Of a DNA stretch of 64,000 nt, positions 60,286-64,000 are shown piece after piece (within the stretch, counting starts at the first letter, position 1; the number at the start of each line of letters is the position of its first letter). The stretch is from the NCBI GenBank assembly GCA_965219545.1, contig CBDCNX010000023.1, forward strand, positions 1 to 64,000, in the 5' to 3' direction. Origin of the DNA: Bdellovibrionales bacterium (GTDB lineage Bacteria; Bdellovibrionota; Bdellovibrionia; Bdellovibrionales; JAGQZY01). The translations under genes were made by a program, and so were the position numbers. The notes below the pieces were generated by a model, which ran no database searches, was not told where the DNA came from, and was given only the letters and a program-made list of their open reading frames with translations.

Positions 60286-61386
60286 ATGGACAAAATCAAG
60301 ATAGCCTTTGTCGGGCAACCAGAATACTTTAGAATGCATTATGAAAATGATCTTTCAACAGAATATGAAGTAAAAGAATTTCCATTTATGTTTTGTCACT
60401 CTGATTTGTTCCCCATTAAGAGATTATCAGAATTTGCAGCGGATATTACTTTTTTTTTCAGAGGGGAACATTTCCCAGATAAATTTATTGATCGGATTAG
60501 TGGAATCAAGGTGGCATTATCGAGTGAACAATTTCCAAATATTATCGACTCCAAGTTAAACTATACTATTGGTTCACTTAAACAATATTTTGATTTCAGA
60601 AAACAAATGCGACATAAAGATTTTGATTATATTTTTCACTATGATGAATCATCTATAGATTTTTTTAAAAAAGATGGCATGGTAATTTCTGGAGCCTTTC
60701 CACTTCCTATTGCCACGGACACCTATGCTCCTCAACATGGTCATAAAAAAATTTGGGATATCTTCTTTATAGGTAGAAGTACCCCTTATAGGGAATACTT
60801 TTTTGGTCGATTGAAGCACAGATATAAGTTTCTGCATATTTGCCATGGGATTTATGGTCCTCCACTGGTAGACTATATTTGCAAGTCTAAAATATCTGTT
60901 AATGTTCATGTAGAAAATAAAATTTCATGGGAACCGAGGGTGCAAATGTTATTATCATGTGCCGCTTTTGTGGTTAGTGAACCAATTTCACTAAACAAAA
61001 TACTGAGACCGGGAATTGACTATGTCGAAGCTAAAAATGAGAAAGAAATGTTTGAAATTATTGAACATTATTTAAATAATGATGATAAGAGAGACAGCGT
61101 AGCTATGTCTGGATATGCCAGAATAAACGATCTGCTATCATCCAAGAGAGCGTTTTCATCTCTTATTAAAGGAATTCTTGATGGAAAGTTTGAAAATTCC
61201 ACGCAAAAAAAGGGAGAATGTGCTTTGATATTGCATCAAAAATACTTTGAACCCTCTTTATTACTGACCTCTCTTAAGATGTATCATCATAAACAAAGTT
61301 CTATAATTGATTTCCAGGATCCCTTCCTGACCACATTCAATTGGAAGAATAAATTGTTAAAGGGTAATCATTCCTTTCAGCTTTAG
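60286..61386 (+). CDS. hypothetical glycosyltransferase-like protein (CgeB/GT1-like C-terminal region)
   Basis: 366 aa; context in the glycan locus; weak similarity only. Confidence 0.3.
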   Translation: MDKIKIAFVGQPEYFRMHYENDLSTEYEVKEFPFMFCHSDLFPIKRLSEFAADITFFFRGEHFPDKFIDRISGIKVALSSEQFPNIIDSKLNYTIGSLKQYFDFRKQMRHKDFDYIFHYDESSIDFFKKDGMVISGAFPLPIATDTYAPQHGHKKIWDIFFIGRSTPYREYFFGRLKHRYKFLHICHGIYGPPLVDYICKSKISVNVHVENKISWEPRVQMLLSCAAFVVSEPISLNKILRPGIDYVEAKNEKEMFEIIEHYLNNDDKRDSVAMSGYARINDLLSSKRAFSSLIKGILDGKFENSTQKKGECALILHQKYFEPSLLLTSLKMYHHKQSSIIDFQDPFLTTFNWKNKLLKGNHSFQL

Positions 61387-63514
61387 GAAAACCCATGTTA
61401 CTGAGAATATGATTCAACTTCTCCCAGGCTGGCTCGACTCCCCAGGCGGATATGGCAAACTCCAGACCGGCCTGAGACAACTTTGTCCAAAGCACTTCAT
61501 CCCTGTACAACTTCACTACAGCCTCAGCAAAGGCCTTGGGTTTATCAGCAACCAAAATATGTTCTCCGTCAACAAGTTCCATTCCTTCCGTCCCCATGGA
61601 AGTTGATACAACTGGCAGTCCCACACTCATAGCCATACCAATTTTACCCTTGATCCCGGCCCCATATCGCAAGGGGGCAACAAAAACACGCATCTGATCC
61701 AGGCAGGATGGAAGATTTTTAACAAACCCTGTAACAATAACATCCTTGTCAGCCAGTTTTTGAAGTTCCTCCGGAAGATTGCTTCCAACAACATGAAAAC
61801 ACACACCAGGCAGAAGTTGCCGGATTTCTGACATAATTTCACTGACAAAATAAACAACAGCATCAACATTGGGAGGGTGTTGGTATCCTCCAACAAAAAC
61901 AATATCACGCCTGGACTTGAATGTCTTTTTTGTGCCTATCATATCGAGAACAAGTGGGAAAATATGAACATTTGCCTCCGGAACTTCCTGCTTGATAATA
62001 TCCAACTCGACAGTGCTGTGTACTACTGAAGTATCAGCAGCCCGAATCATTGCCAATTCAACTTTCTTTATGTCATCAGCCATTTTCTTTTTCAACACAC
62101 TCCTGAGTACCTCTGATTCACGATGCAGTCTCAGATAATGAAGGTCAGTCGTTTTAAAAAGCAATTTTGCCTGGGAACAATATCTACGAATCACCTGAAG
62201 ATGCTGACTTATGACTCCCACACGAAACACCAACACAAGATCATAACGATGTCCTGATTCCTTTATATGCTGATCAACGGATGTGCAGTAGGGCTGGTAC
62301 AGCACTTCAATACCGGCCCGTTGTAGATCAGAGGTGTATTTTGATAGGTAAAGATAATCGCCTTGAGGAATGAATGTCACCTGAAAACCCATATCACGCA
62401 AAAGGAGCATCATGTTGATCGTTGTTACGGAACCGGCATCCCTGTCAGGAACTGGTGTGTAGCGATCCAAAATCAAAACCCGGCGTACAGCCCTACGGTC
62501 TTTGGCCCTATCCACATCCCTGCCTGACATCTGGTGGTGGAGAAGACGGCCATGCCACCGATTGTATAGCTTTTTGGTGTTTTCAATCTGATAAGATTTC
62601 ACGCCTTTTGTGACATCAGTCCCTGAGGTGACTCCCTCATAGTGTATCACCACTGAAAGTGGTTGGTAAACGACACGATACCCTCGTTCAGAAATTTTCA
62701 GAGCCATATCTGAGTCTTCACAATAAGACGGCAAATAGTGTTTGTCAAAACCACCCAACTTCTCAAATAGCTGTTTTGGAATCATTATCGAAGCCCCTGA
62801 GCAATAATCCACCTCCCGTGCATAGTTATAAACAGGTAAAAGTGCATTTTGATAGCGACCAAAGTTCCATGCACTTCCGTCCCGCCAAAGAATCCCACCT
62901 GCTTCCTGTAATCTTCCATCGGGATACACGAGTTTTGAACCCACAAGCCCCGTACCGGGAAAAACGGAAAAAGTTTGAATAAGTTCGTCAAGCCAACCTG
63001 CCGTAACCTCTGTGTCATTGTTGAGAAAGTATAAATATTCGCCTCTGGCCACTTTGGCTCCTTCATTGCAGGCACAAATAAAACCTTCATTTTCTGATTT
63101 GGAAATCAAATGAACACCTCTCACAGATTTGAGGGTTTCTATTGAATTATCAGGTGAAGCGTCATCAACAACAATGACTTCAAACTCAATGAAGGGCAGA
63201 TTCCTCGCAATTGAAAGCAAACAACGAAGTGTGTAATCACAATGCCCATACACTGGAATAATCACAGATACCATGGGTTTCAAACTGACAGGAATAACAA
63301 TTTCCTCAAGAGCTGATTTGATATCCACCGAAGACAGTACAGCCTTATGGCCTGACAATGAATGGGTCATGGGAAGATTATTAGCCGCCCGCAATACCCA
63401 GGGAACATACTTGGTCAAAAATGATCTCAAAATAATTTTGGATTTGAAATTCAGAGGTAAATATCCAAACACTTTTTTGCAAAAAACAGCCATTTTCCTT
63501 AAATAATATCCCAT
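61337..63514 (-). CDS. two-domain glycosyltransferase (N-terminal GT2 plus C-terminal GT4/GT1)
   Basis: [22 protein letters not shown]...[10 protein letters not shown] (GT2) near residues 80-130; C-terminal half has a GT-B fold with ...GFVKN...[28 protein letters not shown] (EX7E-like region). Confidence 0.7.
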   Translation of the reverse strand: MGYYLRKMAVFCKKVFGYLPLNFKSKIILRSFLTKYVPWVLRAANNLPMTHSLSGHKAVLSSVDIKSALEEIVIPVSLKPMVSVIIPVYGHCDYTLRCLLSIARNLPFIEFEVIVVDDASPDNSIETLKSVRGVHLISKSENEGFICACNEGAKVARGEYLYFLNNDTEVTAGWLDELIQTFSVFPGTGLVGSKLVYPDGRLQEAGGILWRDGSAWNFGRYQNALLPVYNYAREVDYCSGASIMIPKQLFEKLGGFDKHYLPSYCEDSDMALKISERGYRVVYQPLSVVIHYEGVTSGTDVTKGVKSYQIENTKKLYNRWHGRLLHHQMSGRDVDRAKDRRAVRRVLILDRYTPVPDRDAGSVTTINMMLLLRDMGFQVTFIPQGDYLYLSKYTSDLQRAGIEVLYQPYCTSVDQHIKESGHRYDLVLVFRVGVISQHLQVIRRYCSQAKLLFKTTDLHYLRLHRESEVLRSVLKKKMADDIKKVELAMIRAADTSVVHSTVELDIIKQEVPEANVHIFPLVLDMIGTKKTFKSRRDIVFVGGYQHPPNVDAVVYFVSEIMSEIRQLLPGVCFHVVGSNLPEELQKLADKDVIVTGFVKNLPSCLDQMRVFVAPLRYGAGIKGKIGMAMSVGLPVVSTSMGTEGMELVDGEHILVADKPKAFAEAVVKLYRDEVLWTKLSQAGLEFAISAWGVEPAWEKLNHILSNMGFPKAERNDYPLTIYSSN

Positions 63515-63565
63515 TTACCCGAAACACCCCTTTTTCATCTATAAAACCCATAAACCCCAAAGAAT

Positions 63566-63638
63566 TATACTGATCCGGTTTGAATTTTCAGGTGTTTTAT
63601 AAGGGAAAAATCGTGAAAACTCAAACACGACCAGTATA
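63566..63638. repeat. short hairpin member of the TATACTGA family
   Basis: tatactgatccggtttgaattttcagg...cgtgaaaactcaaacacgaccagtata; about 25-bp inverted arms. Confidence 0.65.
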
Positions 63639-63806
63639 TCTCAAAAGAATAACCCATTTTCCCTTGCCATTAACGGATGTTAAAGGTAACTGTAGGAACC
63701 ATTCTTAGAAAAGCACTCAAGATTTTTCATGAAGGAACTCCAAACAGTGATTATACTCTTTCTTATAGAAAGTTCTCACAGAAATATTTAGCTTACTGAG
63801 GAAATT

Positions 63807-64000
63807 ATGGCAACTCCTGTAGAACCCATTCAACATCATTCTCATAACCTTACAACCCGTCTTTTAGAGAAGTCCGGTATCATTCGTGCCCGTGCCCCTT
63901 TACGCCTGGGTTTGGCTGGCGGTGGCACAGATATCATCCCTTATTGTGACACTTATGGAGGACAAGTTCTTAATGCTACCATAGACCGTTATGCCTATAC
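63807..64000 (+). CDS. GHMP-family sugar kinase, 5' part (runs off the window end)
   Basis: MATPVEPIQ...[26 protein letters not shown] is the GHMP kinase N-terminal motif (PLRxxxxGGGTD). Confidence 0.5.
   Translation, partial: MATPVEPIQHHSHNLTTRLLEKSGIIRARAPLRLGLAGGGTDIIPYCDTYGGQVLNATIDRYAY

Noticed and set aside
1-64000. Search for tRNA, rRNA, tmRNA or RNase P genes (scanned for GGTTCGAATCC / GTTCGA T-loop-like strings and conserved rRNA blocks)
   Set aside because: No convincing T-loop or acceptor-stem combinations or rRNA signatures were seen by eye. Only the 6S RNA candidate is retained as a hypothesis.
1-64000. Search for transposase, integrase or phage genes that would mark a mobile island
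   Set aside because: No DDE transposase, tyrosine or serine recombinase, or phage structural motifs were recognised. The only mobile-looking DNA is the non-autonomous TATACTGA repeat family.

Overview
The window is a roughly 64 kb low-GC chromosomal segment (GC about 35-40% by eye) of a Gram-negative bacterium. The Gram-negative call rests on Kdo transferase WaaA, apolipoprotein N-acyltransferase Lnt, AmpG, and a TolQ/TolR-type motor. RNase Y, an Agl/Glt-like gliding cluster, Tad/Flp pilin genes and CstA suggest a Bdellovibrionota- or Oligoflexia-like gliding or predatory lineage; this is inference only, as no rRNA or tRNA lies in the window.

Gene content in order:
- pgk 3' end, tpiA and waaA
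- sufE, yebC and a PDZ/S41 tail-specific protease
- a small nucleotidyltransferase-fold two-gene module
- an App1-like phosphatase, and a radical-SAM spore-photoproduct-lyase-like gene
- zapA, a possible 6S RNA gap, 5-formyl-THF cyclo-ligase and rny
- a 2Fe-2S ferredoxin with a lysine-rich tail, and an HTTM-domain pair
- ampG with a cstA remnant, and an SPFH protein
- an orphan Flp pilin with TadE-like pseudopilin genes
- lnt and mutS2
- a complete ABC-transporter-dependent rhamnose-glycan locus: GT2, rfbBDAC, wzm/wzt, galE, two tandem-duplicated Zn-ribbon methyltransferases and three glycosyltransferases

The most interesting stretch is 29.0-43.8 kb. Four tandem paralogous lipoproteins with a von Willebrand A (VWA) MIDAS-like motif, resembling the CglB adhesin, sit directly beside a compact Agl/Glt-like envelope-spanning motor cluster. 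That cluster encodes TolQ, two TolR/ExbD, a large TPR protein, a GltF-like small protein, an AgmX/PglI-type TonB-C protein, a lipoprotein, an outer-membrane beta-barrel and a further TPR protein.

Two sequence-level features stand out:
- A dense family of MITE/REP-like intergenic elements bounded by TATACTGA...TCAGTATA termini, with at least 10 full or partial copies.
- A 15-20 nt motif, TAGTGGTTTGTCCTA, that flanks the paralog array as direct repeats.

Many conserved genes (tpiA, waaA, mutS2, rfbB, the App1-like phosphatase, cstA) carry apparent single frameshifts at homopolymer runs. Sequencing error cannot be told apart from real pseudogenisation without reads. No rRNA, tRNA, CRISPR array or transposase gene was found.
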